Shown here: piece by piece, positions 41,113 to 50,042 of the stretch
How positions within the stretch are numbered: the first letter of the stretch is position 1
Layout of the letters: each line of letters starts with the position of its first letter
Source of the DNA: Patescibacteria group bacterium
Lineage (GTDB): Bacteria; Patescibacteriota; Minisyncoccia; UBA6257; 2-01-FULL-56-20
Direction of reading: 5' to 3'
NCBI GenBank assembly: GCA_038058095.1
Contig: JBBUBW010000009.1
Location: forward strand, 1 to 50,042
Length of the DNA: 50,042 nt
Made by a program: the position numbers and the translations under genes
Notes under the pieces: model-generated
Seen by the model: only the letters and a program-made list of their open reading frames with translations
The model's database searches: none
What the model was told of the DNA's origin: nothing

Positions 41113-42642
41113 TTAAATTATTTCATGAAGTAAGCTTCTCCCCGTCATCTCTGCCGGTTTTTGGATTTTCATCAGTTCAAGAATTGTGGGTGCCACATCG
41201 CAAAGCACTCCAATCGTTTCCGAATCCAAACTTTGCCAGTTCACAAATTTTTTATTTCTAAGTTCGGAAACCACCAAATAAAGCGGGACCGGATTGGGAT
41301 CGTGCTGTGTTTCCGGCGCGCCGGTAAATGGATTAACCATCTGCTCAATATTTCCGTGATCCGAGGTGATAATCAACATCGTATCCGTCGCCAGTACAGT
41401 TTTTATCACTCTCCCGATTTGAGCATCAATCGCTTTAACCGTTTCGAGCGCCGCCTGGTAATCGCCGGTGTGGGCAATCGTGTCCGGATTGGCGTAGTTA
41501 ACTAAAATAAAATCAAAAGCTCGGTTTTCCAATGCTTCGACAACTCGGTCCGTAATCGCCGCCGCCATCATCTCCGGGTGTTCTTCTGGGTGAGGTGTCT
41601 TAACCGAAGGCACAAAAACTCGGTATTCATTTTTAAAAGGTGTCTCTATGTAGCCGTTGAAAAAATAAGTCACGTGGGCGTATTTGTAACTTTCCGCTAA
41701 TCGCAATTGAGTTTTACCCGCGTCACTTATCGCTTTACCCAAAGGAATTTCAATCTTCTCTGGCGGAAAAGCCACCGGTACCGTAAACGCGTCTTCGTAT
41801 TGTGTCATTGTGGAAACGTACAAATTTTGGAATTTTTTAGTCGGGAACTTGTCGAAATCTTTAATAATAAAAGATTCCGCTATCTGCCGGATGCTGTCTT
41901 CTCTGAAGTTGAAAAAAATCACTCCATCGCCGTCTTTAATGAATCCATTTTCTCGAAAAACTATCGGTGGCACAAATTCTTCGTTTAAATTTTTCTGGTA
42001 AGTTTCTTGGATGATCGGCGTCGCGTCTGAAACCAAAGGCGCCCCCGGCCCGGTCATAGTTTCGTATGCCCTCTCCGTCAGTTTCCAGTTCTTTTCTCTA
42101 TCCATTCCGTAATACCGGCCCATCAGCGTTACTAATTTGTCGTGCGGTATTTTTTCGAGCACCTTCTCTAACCTGAAAGGGGTGCCATCTTTTCCGTCGG
42201 AGAAAAGATGCATCTTCACTTCGATATTTTCTTTCTTCCCCATCTCCACTAACGCCAGAAGATGTTCGAGGCAGGCATGAACCGTTCCCTCGGTTAAAAG
42301 CCCAATCAAATTTACCGCTCCACTATTGGTTCGCGCATGCGTAAAGGCGTCTTTCAAAGCTTTATTCTCAAAAAAACTCCCGTCTTTTATTGATAATGTA
42401 ATTCTCGGAAAATATTGGTAAATAACTTTTCCTGCTCCAAGCGTAAGGTGGCCCACTTCGCTATTACCCACCTCTCCCCACGGTAACCCAACGCTAATTC
42501 CCGAGGCCTGCAGGCTCGTTACCGGGAAATTCTCTTCCATCCACTTGAAGCTCTCTGGCTGGACCGCATGGACTGGATTTGTCTCATTTTTTTGGCCCAA
42601 TCCCCAGCCGTCCAAAATTATAAGCAACATTGTCCGTCGCAT
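41113..42642 (-). CDS. gpmI: 2,3-bisphosphoglycerate-independent phosphoglycerate mutase
   Basis: 509 aa with LIILDGWG, GNSEVGHLTLGAG and TSDHGN. Confidence 0.9.
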   Translation of the reverse strand: MRRTMLLIILDGWGLGQKNETNPVHAVQPESFKWMEENFPVTSLQASGISVGLPWGEVGNSEVGHLTLGAGKVIYQYFPRITLSIKDGSFFENKALKDAFTHARTNSGAVNLIGLLTEGTVHACLEHLLALVEMGKKENIEVKMHLFSDGKDGTPFRLEKVLEKIPHDKLVTLMGRYYGMDREKNWKLTERAYETMTGPGAPLVSDATPIIQETYQKNLNEEFVPPIVFRENGFIKDGDGVIFFNFREDSIRQIAESFIIKDFDKFPTKKFQNLYVSTMTQYEDAFTVPVAFPPEKIEIPLGKAISDAGKTQLRLAESYKYAHVTYFFNGYIETPFKNEYRVFVPSVKTPHPEEHPEMMAAAITDRVVEALENRAFDFILVNYANPDTIAHTGDYQAALETVKAIDAQIGRVIKTVLATDTMLIITSDHGNIEQMVNPFTGAPETQHDPNPVPLYLVVSELRNKKFVNWQSLDSETIGVLCDVAPTILELMKIQKPAEMTGRSLLHEII

Positions 42643-42940
42643 CGCTCTATTATAAAAGATTTCTTTAATCTTGACTAACCGGACAAAAAGACCTAAACTT
42701 TAAAAGTTACTAATTGTCGCCTTTTTAATCTTTTGGAACCTTGGAAAAGATTTTGCTAGAGAATTTAACCTATAACACTTCGTTTTCGATTAATTAAATC
42801 CTTTTTCGAGGACTAGTTTCGTTCAAAGAATAATTAAGGTGGCTAGTAACTAAAAAGTCACAATTTTTTATTCCTAAAAAATTCAAACCTATTTTTGTGA
42901 ATTAAAATCACAATGAAGAATTTAGGAAAACAACAAATCA

Positions 42941-44467
42941 ATGTTTACAGGAACATCAGCTCTCGCAGTGGGTGGGTTAATTTTGGGTGGGATTATTGGC
43001 TATTTAGTTCGCCAATTATTCACGTCTCGGGCCGCAAGCTCAATTGAGCAAAAAACTAAGCTCAAACTCGAAGACGCCGAAGAGCGCGCCAAACGAATTA
43101 TTTTGGAATCGGAGAATAAAGCCGCTGATCTTTTGGCGGATACTAGGAAGGAGAGTCGAGAGCAGAAAATCAAACTTGACAGCCTCGAAGAAAGAATTCT
43201 TAAACGCGAGGAAATTTTAGATCGGAAACTTGTAGTTTTATCTTCAGATGAAACCTCTCTCAAATCTAAAACTGAAGAATTAAAGAAAAAAGAAGTAGAC
43301 ATCGCTGGTCTTAGAAATGAAATAGAAACCCGGCTCGAAAAAGTGAGTGGTTTGAGCCGCGGAGAAGCGCTTCAAAAGCTCTTTGCTGAAATCAAGGAAG
43401 CTCAAAGCCAAGAACTCGCTAACCTCCTCCAAAAACTGGATAAAGAGCGGCGCGACGCGGTTGAAAAGAAAACTGCGGAGATTATCACCACTTGCCTCGA
43501 GCGCTACGCACGATCGCAAGTGGCCGAAATTACCACCACCACCTTTCCTTTAGCCGACGAAGAGTTAAAAGGGAAAATCATCGGGCGGGAAGGTAGGAAC
43601 ATTCGAGCACTTGAGCGCGCCACCGGCGTTGAGTTTATTATCGACGAAACTCCCGATAGCGTTGTTATCTCTTCTTTCGATCCGCTCCGCCGTGAAATCG
43701 CCCGCCTCGCTCTCGAGAAACTGATTAAAGACGGTCGCATTCAACCCGCTAAAATTGAAGAAAAAGTTGAAGAAGCCAAACAAGAACTTAACAAACGGAT
43801 TATGGAAGTCGGGGAAGCCGCCGTTATGGAAGTCGGCATTTACGATTTACCCAAAGAAATTATTCAGCTTCTCGGCCGCTTAAATTTCAGAACCAGCTAT
43901 GGCCAAAATGTTTTAATGCATTCGGTTGAGATGGCGCACTTAGCCGGGATGATGGCCTCCGAGCTCGGCTTAAATGTTGAGGTTGCTAAAAGGGGTGCTC
44001 TTTTACACGATATTGGAAAAGCCATCGATCACGAAGTAGAAGGCACTCATATAGAGCTGGGTCGCAAGATTTTGAAGAAATATAATATTCCCGAGGCAGT
44101 CATCGAGGCCATGCAGTCTCATCACGAAGATTATCCTTACGCCATTCCTGAGGCCTATATTGTCACCGCCGTTGACGTCCTTTCTGGTGCCCGCCCTGGA
44201 GCGAGGCGGGATTCGCTCGAGCACTATCTTAAACGCCTCGCTGATTTAGAAAAAATAGCCACCGAATTTCAAGGTGTAAAAAGCGCCTACGCCATTTCAG
44301 CCGGGCGAGAACTTAGGATTTTCGTAACACCCGAAAAAATAGACGACTTCAAAGCCCTAGAGCTAGCCCGAGAAATTGCCAACCGTATCCAATCTGAGTT
44401 AAAATATCCCGGTGAGATCAAAGTCGTTGTGGTAAGAGAAATGCGTGCTGTCGAGTATGCCAAGTAA
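42941..44467 (+). CDS. rny: ribonuclease Y
   Basis: 508 aa with an N-terminal TM, a coiled coil, a KH domain (GKIIGREGRNIRALE) and an HD domain (LLHDIGKA). Confidence 0.9.
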   Translation: MFTGTSALAVGGLILGGIIGYLVRQLFTSRAASSIEQKTKLKLEDAEERAKRIILESENKAADLLADTRKESREQKIKLDSLEERILKREEILDRKLVVLSSDETSLKSKTEELKKKEVDIAGLRNEIETRLEKVSGLSRGEALQKLFAEIKEAQSQELANLLQKLDKERRDAVEKKTAEIITTCLERYARSQVAEITTTTFPLADEELKGKIIGREGRNIRALERATGVEFIIDETPDSVVISSFDPLRREIARLALEKLIKDGRIQPAKIEEKVEEAKQELNKRIMEVGEAAVMEVGIYDLPKEIIQLLGRLNFRTSYGQNVLMHSVEMAHLAGMMASELGLNVEVAKRGALLHDIGKAIDHEVEGTHIELGRKILKKYNIPEAVIEAMQSHHEDYPYAIPEAYIVTAVDVLSGARPGARRDSLEHYLKRLADLEKIATEFQGVKSAYAISAGRELRIFVTPEKIDDFKALELAREIANRIQSELKYPGEIKVVVVREMRAVEYAK

Positions 44468-44468
44468 G

Positions 44469-44558
44469 ATAGGTGACAGGTTGAAGGTTTTAGGTTTTAG
44501 AGAGGTTACCTTCTCCCGAGTTACTAGCACCTAACACCTAAAAACTATAACCTAATCC
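44469..44558. repeat. paired AGGT-rich / ACCT-rich blocks E6
   Basis: ATAGGTGACAGGTTGAAGGTTTTAGGTTTTAGAGAGGTTA ... CACCTAACACCTAAAAACTATAACCTAATCC. Both orientations are present with no gene between them. Confidence 0.6.
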
Positions 44559-44560
44559 AT

Positions 44561-45982
44561 ATGTTGCTTAAACTCTCAAAATTTTGCCTTTATGCCGCCG
44601 TTTTCAGCGTGATAATTGTGGTCACTAACACCTTTTTCCCATTTATCGGTGTTAAGTACTATTTCTTTAGGACTGCAGTCAGTCTCTCTCTTTTATTCTT
44701 CTTCTTATGGTGGGCTTTTGAGGCGGCCAAAGGTGAAGTTCTCGAACGCTTCCGTAAAATTGCGCGGAACCCGCTTTTTATCGCGGTTTCTGTCTTCGTC
44801 TTTTTTTATCTCTTAGCCTCTCTTTTTGCTTACGATTCTCACTCGGCTTTTTGGTCTAATTTTGAAAGAGGAGAGGGAGGATTCCAGATGATCCACTATT
44901 ATCTTTTCTTCCTGCTTTTAAGTCTTATTATTCGCGACAAAAAAGATTGGAAGAGAATTTTTCAACTCTCGATTATTGCCGGGGTCTTAATGATTCTCTA
45001 TGGAGCCCTTGCCCAACTTGGGATTGTAAATGGGCTTATTAGCCCCTACCAAGGAGGGGCGCCTTCTGGTTTTTGGAACCGTTTTACTGAAGCTCGTTTC
45101 CAAGGGTCGCTTGGCAATCCTGCCTATGTGGCGCCCTATCTTATATTCACGATATTTTATACTGCCTATCTTTGGTTTGTGTCTCAAATCAAGAAGCGGT
45201 GGGTCAAACACCTCTCCTATGGTTCTTTATTTTTTTTCCTTCTCTTTTTCTTCTATGTCAGCAAAACCCGGGGAGCTTTAGTGGGTTTAGGTATTGCTAC
45301 TCTGGTTTTTCTAATCTATCTTTTAATATCCTCCCAAAAAGAAACCAAAAAATGGGCCATCTTTGGACTTTCCCTCTCCGCCTTTTTCATAGTTTTAGTC
45401 GCCGTGGTGTCTTTTTATCTTTCTCCGCTTTGCGCAAAATCAAATTGCTCATCTTTCGCGAAAAATTTATCATCAAACCGGCTTCTTACTTTAAGTCTCG
45501 GCAATGAATCTTTCCAAACCCGTCTCTGGACGTGGGGTTCTGCCTGGCAGGGTTTCAAAGAGCGTCCTCTTCTTGGTTGGGGACCGGAAAATTTCAGCAG
45601 TGTTTTTGATAAACATTTTGATCCTCGCCACTACATTGCCGGAACTAACTCGGAAACTTGGTTCGACCGGGCCCACAGCGTTGTCTTTGATTACCTCGCC
45701 GAAACCGGCCTTCTCGGATTCCTAAGTTACCTTGCGATTTTCGTTGTTTTCTATTGGCAATTGTTTAAAAAAATAAAACTTCCTAAACCCGAAAACACAG
45801 AAACTCATCTAGCTGGTTCTTCCCTAAAACCTCTCCTTACCGGCCTTATTATTGTTCTTCCTATTGGATATTTCATTCAAGGATTAGCCCTTTTTGACGT
45901 CCTCCCCATTTACTTGAACCTCTTCCTCTTTCTAGCATTCAGCGTTTACCAATTAAATAAACACTATGAACCAACTCTATAA
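44561..45982 (+). CDS. O-antigen ligase/polymerase (Wzy_C)-like membrane protein
   Basis: 473 aa and polytopic, with an SKTRGALVGL motif and a large loop. Confidence 0.6.
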   Translation: MLLKLSKFCLYAAVFSVIIVVTNTFFPFIGVKYYFFRTAVSLSLLFFFLWWAFEAAKGEVLERFRKIARNPLFIAVSVFVFFYLLASLFAYDSHSAFWSNFERGEGGFQMIHYYLFFLLLSLIIRDKKDWKRIFQLSIIAGVLMILYGALAQLGIVNGLISPYQGGAPSGFWNRFTEARFQGSLGNPAYVAPYLIFTIFYTAYLWFVSQIKKRWVKHLSYGSLFFFLLFFFYVSKTRGALVGLGIATLVFLIYLLISSQKETKKWAIFGLSLSAFFIVLVAVVSFYLSPLCAKSNCSSFAKNLSSNRLLTLSLGNESFQTRLWTWGSAWQGFKERPLLGWGPENFSSVFDKHFDPRHYIAGTNSETWFDRAHSVVFDYLAETGLLGFLSYLAIFVVFYWQLFKKIKLPKPENTETHLAGSSLKPLLTGLIIVLPIGYFIQGLALFDVLPIYLNLFLFLAFSVYQLNKHYEPTL

Positions 45983-46595
45983 AAAAATTATTGCCATCGC
46001 GGCTAGCGGTCTCTTAGTTTTTTCCGTCTATTTTGGTTCTTTTTTGCCGTTAAGGAAATCTCAAGCTTTTATTAATACCATGCGTAACTTAAACAACTCG
46101 CCATCTTTAGATGAATTTAAAAAAGCAATTTCGGTTCCACTTGACCTGCCTTCTCCAATCGGGCAGGAAGAATTAGTCCGGCAAGCTGCGAGCGTGGTTA
46201 TGAATGTTATTAATCAGCCCAACGCTAATTCCTCAGTTGTTGACGATCTTTTAAGCTATGTTAGCCGTTATTACGAACCCATTATTAGTAATGGTACCGG
46301 TATGAGCTTTGGCCAAAATCTTTATATTCTCGGGTCAATGAACGAAATTGCTTTTGTAAAAACCAATCAACCTAAATATCTCGAAGCCGCTAAAAAATAC
46401 TACCTGAAAAGTTTTGAGCTTGGTCCAAAGCGTCCCCAGCCGCTCTTCGGTCTGTTTGATATTTATCGGATGGAAGGCAATGTCGAACAAGTTAAAGCCA
46501 TTGCCGGCCAGATTCTTTCTCAGTGGCCGAATGAAGACCGAACCCGCAAAGCTCTCTCCGAGTTTTTGGACCGAGGGTTGACTAAAAAGAAATAG
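45966..46595 (+). CDS. membrane-anchored hypothetical protein (helical-repeat-like)
   Basis: 209 aa with an N-terminal TM segment. No family was recognised. Confidence 0.45.
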   Translation: MNQLYKKIIAIAASGLLVFSVYFGSFLPLRKSQAFINTMRNLNNSPSLDEFKKAISVPLDLPSPIGQEELVRQAASVVMNVINQPNANSSVVDDLLSYVSRYYEPIISNGTGMSFGQNLYILGSMNEIAFVKTNQPKYLEAAKKYYLKSFELGPKRPQPLFGLFDIYRMEGNVEQVKAIAGQILSQWPNEDRTRKALSEFLDRGLTKKK

Positions 46596-46612
46596 AATGA
46601 TAGAAAGTTACT

Positions 46613-47623
46613 ATGCCCAAAGCGCTTATCACAGGTGTCACCGGCCAAGACGGTTCTTATTTAACCGAATTTCTTCTTTCTAAAGGATATGAAGTGCACG
46701 GCATTATTCGCCGTGCCTCAACTCTTAATACCTCTCGCATTGATCATATCTACCAAGACCCCCACGAAAAAAACTATCGTTTAGCCCTTCATTTTGGCGA
46801 TTTGTCTGACGCGAACACGATCCGTAAGTTAATCTATAAAGTTCAACCCGAAGAAATTTACAATCTCGGCGCCCAATCGCATGTTCGGGTCAGTTTCGAT
46901 ATTCCCGAATATACCGCCAATATCGCGGGGTTAGGCACTTTAAGATTGCTCGAAGCCATTAAAGATTACGAGGAGGACACTAACCACAAAGTTAAATTCT
47001 ACCAAGCCTCTTCCTCGGAAATGTTTGGCGCCACTCCTCCTCCTCAAAGTGAAGCCACTCCCTTCTATCCTCGCAGTCCTTATGCCTGTGCCAAAGTTTT
47101 CGCCTATCACACGACTAGAAATTATCGCGAGGCCCATAATCTTTTCGCCGTAAACGGCATTCTTTTTAATCATGAGTCGGAACGGCGTGGAGAAACTTTC
47201 GTCACCAAAAAAATCACTCGGGGGATTGCTAGGATTTTAACCGGGATAGATAAAAAGCTGTATCTTGGCAATCTAAATGCTAAACGCGACTGGGGCTACG
47301 CTCCGGAATATGTCGAAGCTATGTGGAAAATGCTGCAGCAACCTACTCCCGAAGACTACGTTATTGGCACCGGCGAAAGCCATAGCGTCAAAGAATTTGT
47401 TGAAACCGCGTTTGAGCTCGCCGGTCTTAACTGGAGGGACTATATTGAAATCGACCCCAAATATTATCGCCCCACCGAAGTTGAAAGTTTAGTTGCCGAT
47501 ACTAAAAAAGCCAAGGAAAAACTTGGCTGGGAAGCTAAAACTAAATTTAAAGACTTAATCGCGAGAATGCTCAAACACGACTTAGAAAGCCACGGCCTAA
47601 AAGAAAAAGCTAGTCAAATTTGA
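46613..47623 (+). CDS. gmd: GDP-mannose 4,6-dehydratase
   Basis: [19 protein letters not shown]...[10 protein letters not shown] and SSEMFG...SPYACAK. Confidence 0.9.
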   Translation: MPKALITGVTGQDGSYLTEFLLSKGYEVHGIIRRASTLNTSRIDHIYQDPHEKNYRLALHFGDLSDANTIRKLIYKVQPEEIYNLGAQSHVRVSFDIPEYTANIAGLGTLRLLEAIKDYEEDTNHKVKFYQASSSEMFGATPPPQSEATPFYPRSPYACAKVFAYHTTRNYREAHNLFAVNGILFNHESERRGETFVTKKITRGIARILTGIDKKLYLGNLNAKRDWGYAPEYVEAMWKMLQQPTPEDYVIGTGESHSVKEFVETAFELAGLNWRDYIEIDPKYYRPTEVESLVADTKKAKEKLGWEAKTKFKDLIARMLKHDLESHGLKEKASQI

Positions 47624-47631
47624 TCTAAACA

Positions 47632-48087
47632 GTGGAAAAAAATCCCAAAAAAATTGAGGCGAAGTTATATCGCAAAATTTTGGAAGTAATACCTATTCCG
47701 TGTGTTGATGTTGTTATCGTCAGTGGGGGAAAATTTTTACTTACAAAAAGGAAAAACAACCCAGCCAAAGGTAAATGGTTTATCCCCGGGGGAAGGGTTT
47801 TTAAAGGAGAAACCCTACATCGGGCTGTTCTTAGAAAAGTCAAAGAAGAAACTGGTCTTAAGAATTTTAGAATTGGCAAACTTCTTGCTGTTAAAGATTT
47901 TTTTTCAACCAAGAGCGCTTTCGGTCCCTCTACGCATACTATCGATTCCATTTTTATAGTTCATGCTTCTTCCGAGCAAAAACTCAAGGCCGATAGCCAA
48001 AGTTCAGATATGATGTGGTTTTCTAGGGTCGACAAAAAATGGCTAAAATTCGTAAAAGAAATTTTATACCTAGCCAGCTTCGAATAA
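47632..48087 (+). CDS. NUDIX hydrolase (GDP-mannose mannosyl hydrolase-like by context)
   Basis: NUDIX box GGRVFKGETLHRAVLRKVKEETGL. It lies between gmd and fcl. Confidence 0.65.
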   Translation: MEKNPKKIEAKLYRKILEVIPIPCVDVVIVSGGKFLLTKRKNNPAKGKWFIPGGRVFKGETLHRAVLRKVKEETGLKNFRIGKLLAVKDFFSTKSAFGPSTHTIDSIFIVHASSEQKLKADSQSSDMMWFSRVDKKWLKFVKEILYLASFE

Positions 48088-48091
48088 TGTC

Positions 48092-49036
48092 ATGAATTTA
48101 AAAAAGAAAAAAATTTTAGTGACTGGAGGCGCTGGATTTTTAGGCCAGCATGTTGTTCGCCGTCTTTTAGAAAAAGGGATTAAGGAGCAAAACATTCTTG
48201 TCCCTCGAATAGAAAATTACGACCTCAGGCTTATAGAAAATTGCGAAAAAGTTGTTAAAGGACAAAATTTAGTTATTCACCTTGCTGGACTGACTGGTGG
48301 CATAGAATACCATAAACAAAACCCAGCCACGATATTTTACGACAACCTCATGATGGGCATACAACTCATGGAGGCCGCCCGCAAGGCCGAAGTAGAAAAA
48401 TTTATTACAATCGGCAGCGCTACAGAATATCCCGAAAATGCTCCGCTCCCTTTTAGAGAGAGCGATCTTTGGCGCGGGTTCCCGGAACCCATCCACGCCC
48501 CCTACACCGTAGCTAAAAAAATGCTCTTAGTTCAGGCGCAGGCTTATCGGAAACAATATGATTTCAATGCGATTCATCTTTTAATGACCAACATGTATGG
48601 TCCCGGCGAAAAATTAGATAGTAGCTTTGTTATACCAAGTTTAATTAGAAGAATCTGGCAAGCCGAAAAAGAAAACCAAAACTTTATAGAAATTTGGGGT
48701 ACCGGGAAGCCCACTCGAGATTTTCTTTATGTTGGAGACGCGGCGGAAGGAATTATAAAGGCCGCCGAGAGTTATAATAAACCCGAACCAGTTAATATCG
48801 GATCCGGTTGGGAAATTTCTATCAAAGAACTGACTGGGATTATAGTTCGTTTAATGAATTTTAAAGGAGAAGTTAGGTTTGACGAAACAAAGCCCGATGG
48901 CCAAATGCGGCGAATGATGGATACCACTCGAGCCGAACAAGAATTCGACTTTAAAGCCTCCACCGACTTCGAGGTTGGACTTAAGAAAGCGATAGGCTGG
49001 TACATCCCTAAGATAGAAAAACTTTTTCAAAAATAG
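48092..49036 (+). CDS. fcl: GDP-L-fucose synthase (NAD-dependent epimerase/reductase), copy 1
   Basis: [15 protein letters not shown], and length and context typical of Fcl/WcaG. Confidence 0.8.
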   Translation: MNLKKKKILVTGGAGFLGQHVVRRLLEKGIKEQNILVPRIENYDLRLIENCEKVVKGQNLVIHLAGLTGGIEYHKQNPATIFYDNLMMGIQLMEAARKAEVEKFITIGSATEYPENAPLPFRESDLWRGFPEPIHAPYTVAKKMLLVQAQAYRKQYDFNAIHLLMTNMYGPGEKLDSSFVIPSLIRRIWQAEKENQNFIEIWGTGKPTRDFLYVGDAAEGIIKAAESYNKPEPVNIGSGWEISIKELTGIIVRLMNFKGEVRFDETKPDGQMRRMMDTTRAEQEFDFKASTDFEVGLKKAIGWYIPKIEKLFQK

Positions 49037-49038
49037 AG

Positions 49039-49986
49039 ATGGACTTAAAAGACAAAAAAATTCTAATCACTGGCGGCGGAGGATTTCTTGGGTCGCATGT
49101 TATCCAGAAATTATTAGAGAAAGGAGTTCCTCAAGAAAATATTTTTGTTCCCCGCCAATCCGAATACGACCTAAGAAAGCTCGAAGACTGTAAAAAGGCG
49201 GTTAGTAATCAGCAAATAGTTATTCATCTCGCCGCGAAAGTAGGAGGCATAGGATTCAACCAAGAAAAGCCAGGAGAGCTTTTTTACGACAATATGGTCA
49301 TGGGAGCTCAAATGATTGAGGCCGCCTATCGCGCCGGCGTCCAAAAGTTTGTAGCTTTAGGAACAGTCTGCGCTTATCCCAAATTCACCTCCACACCCTT
49401 TAAAGAAGAAAACCTTTGGAATGACTATCCCGAAGAGACCAATGCTCATTATGGTTTGGCAAAAAAAGCTTTATTGATCCAAGCCCAAGCGTATCGTTCC
49501 CAGTATGGTTTTAATGTCATCTTTCTTCTTCCCGTGAACCTCTACGGTTCCGGCGATAGCTTTGACCCCACTCGCTCACACGTTATTCCCGCACTTATCA
49601 AAAAAGTTGCTGATGCCATCAAAAATAAGGAAGACTATATTAATGTCTGGGGCACCGGCCAAGCCACTCGTGAATTTTTATATGCTCCCGATGCTGCCGA
49701 AGGCATAGTGTTAGCTACCGAAAAATATGACAAGTCTGACCCAGTCAACTTAGGTTCCGGCCAAGAAATTTCAATTAAGAATCTCATTGCTCTTATTTGT
49801 CGTTTAATGGGTTTCAAGGGAGAGATTCGTTGGGATATCTCAAAACCAGATGGTCAACCTCGCCGGATGTTAGATACTAGTCGAGCCGAACAAGAATTTG
49901 ACTTCAAAGCCAAAACTAGCTTCGTAGAAGGTCTTAAAAAAACTATAAAATGGTATCTACAGAACCAAGAAGAATCCTCTGGTTAA
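49039..49986 (+). CDS. fcl: GDP-L-fucose synthase paralog, copy 2
   Basis: Collinear with copy 1. For example, [17 protein letters not shown] compares with [17 protein letters not shown]. Confidence 0.75.
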   Translation: MDLKDKKILITGGGGFLGSHVIQKLLEKGVPQENIFVPRQSEYDLRKLEDCKKAVSNQQIVIHLAAKVGGIGFNQEKPGELFYDNMVMGAQMIEAAYRAGVQKFVALGTVCAYPKFTSTPFKEENLWNDYPEETNAHYGLAKKALLIQAQAYRSQYGFNVIFLLPVNLYGSGDSFDPTRSHVIPALIKKVADAIKNKEDYINVWGTGQATREFLYAPDAAEGIVLATEKYDKSDPVNLGSGQEISIKNLIALICRLMGFKGEIRWDISKPDGQPRRMLDTSRAEQEFDFKAKTSFVEGLKKTIKWYLQNQEESSG

Positions 49987-50042
49987 ATAGTCCCTTCAAG
50001 AAACTAGCGCAACGAGCAAAATAGAGATACATTTGTTGCTAT

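Noticed and set aside
21297-44558. ACCT-rich blocks as Thermotoga-type DnaA boxes (I recall the 12-mer AAACCTACCACC, which occurs exactly at 28889-28900)
   Set aside because: The blocks are scattered over 23 kb at many gene junctions, one lies inside rsmA, and none is in the dnaA-flanking spacers. The resemblance is probably compositional. It is noted only as a curiosity.
1-50042. Alternative genetic code (UGA recoding, as in some CPR lineages)
   Set aside because: Well-conserved genes end at TGA (for example gmd at 47621-23 and the proline-rich gene at 22742-44). They are also full length under the standard code, with no in-frame TGA interruptions.

Overview
This is about 50 kb of a compact, mostly low-GC bacterial chromosome that uses the standard code (TGA and TAA both act as stops). 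Short housekeeping genes, three four-helix-bundle (23S-IVS/Avd family) genes and a minimal Gram-positive-style T4SS gene set suggest a Candidate Phyla Radiation / Patescibacteria organism; that placement is inference only.

Layout:
- 1-14.9 kb: tRNA-Arg, housekeeping genes (murE-like, ruvA, yraN, yebC, ruvC, PBP1A) and the replication-origin neighbourhood (dnaN and dnaA on the minus strand, facing rpmH-rnpA-yidC-jag on the plus strand).
- 14.9-28.6 kb: a 12-gene minus-strand operon with T4SS-like parts. These are a split VirB4, a PrgI/VirB3-like protein, a VirB6-like protein and a VirB2-like pilin fused to a 32-Cys domain. Two four-helix-bundle gene cassettes interrupt it.
- 28.7-34.3 kb: rsmA, a UvrD/PcrA helicase, a lytic transglycosylase, comM/yifB and a dksA/traR-like gene.
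- 34.6-38.7 kb: a diversity-generating retroelement (DGR). It has two paralogous, visibly GC-rich target genes without signal peptides, each ending in a variable repeat. A 121-bp template repeat carries 9 AAC codons, an Avd gene lies on the opposite strand, and the DGR-type reverse transcriptase has a conserved-looking C-terminus that is interrupted.
- 38.7-50 kb: a peptide-type ABC substrate-binding protein, secG, a holin-family protein, gpmI, rny, an O-antigen-ligase-like protein and a gmd / NUDIX / fcl / fcl GDP-fucose cluster.

Three dispersed non-coding repeat families are also present:
- CCCCGTAC-type long hairpins.
- AGGT/ACCT-rich low-complexity blocks.
- An 18-22 bp palindrome found four times around ruvA.

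All calls come from reading the sequence and the ORF track. No database searches were run.
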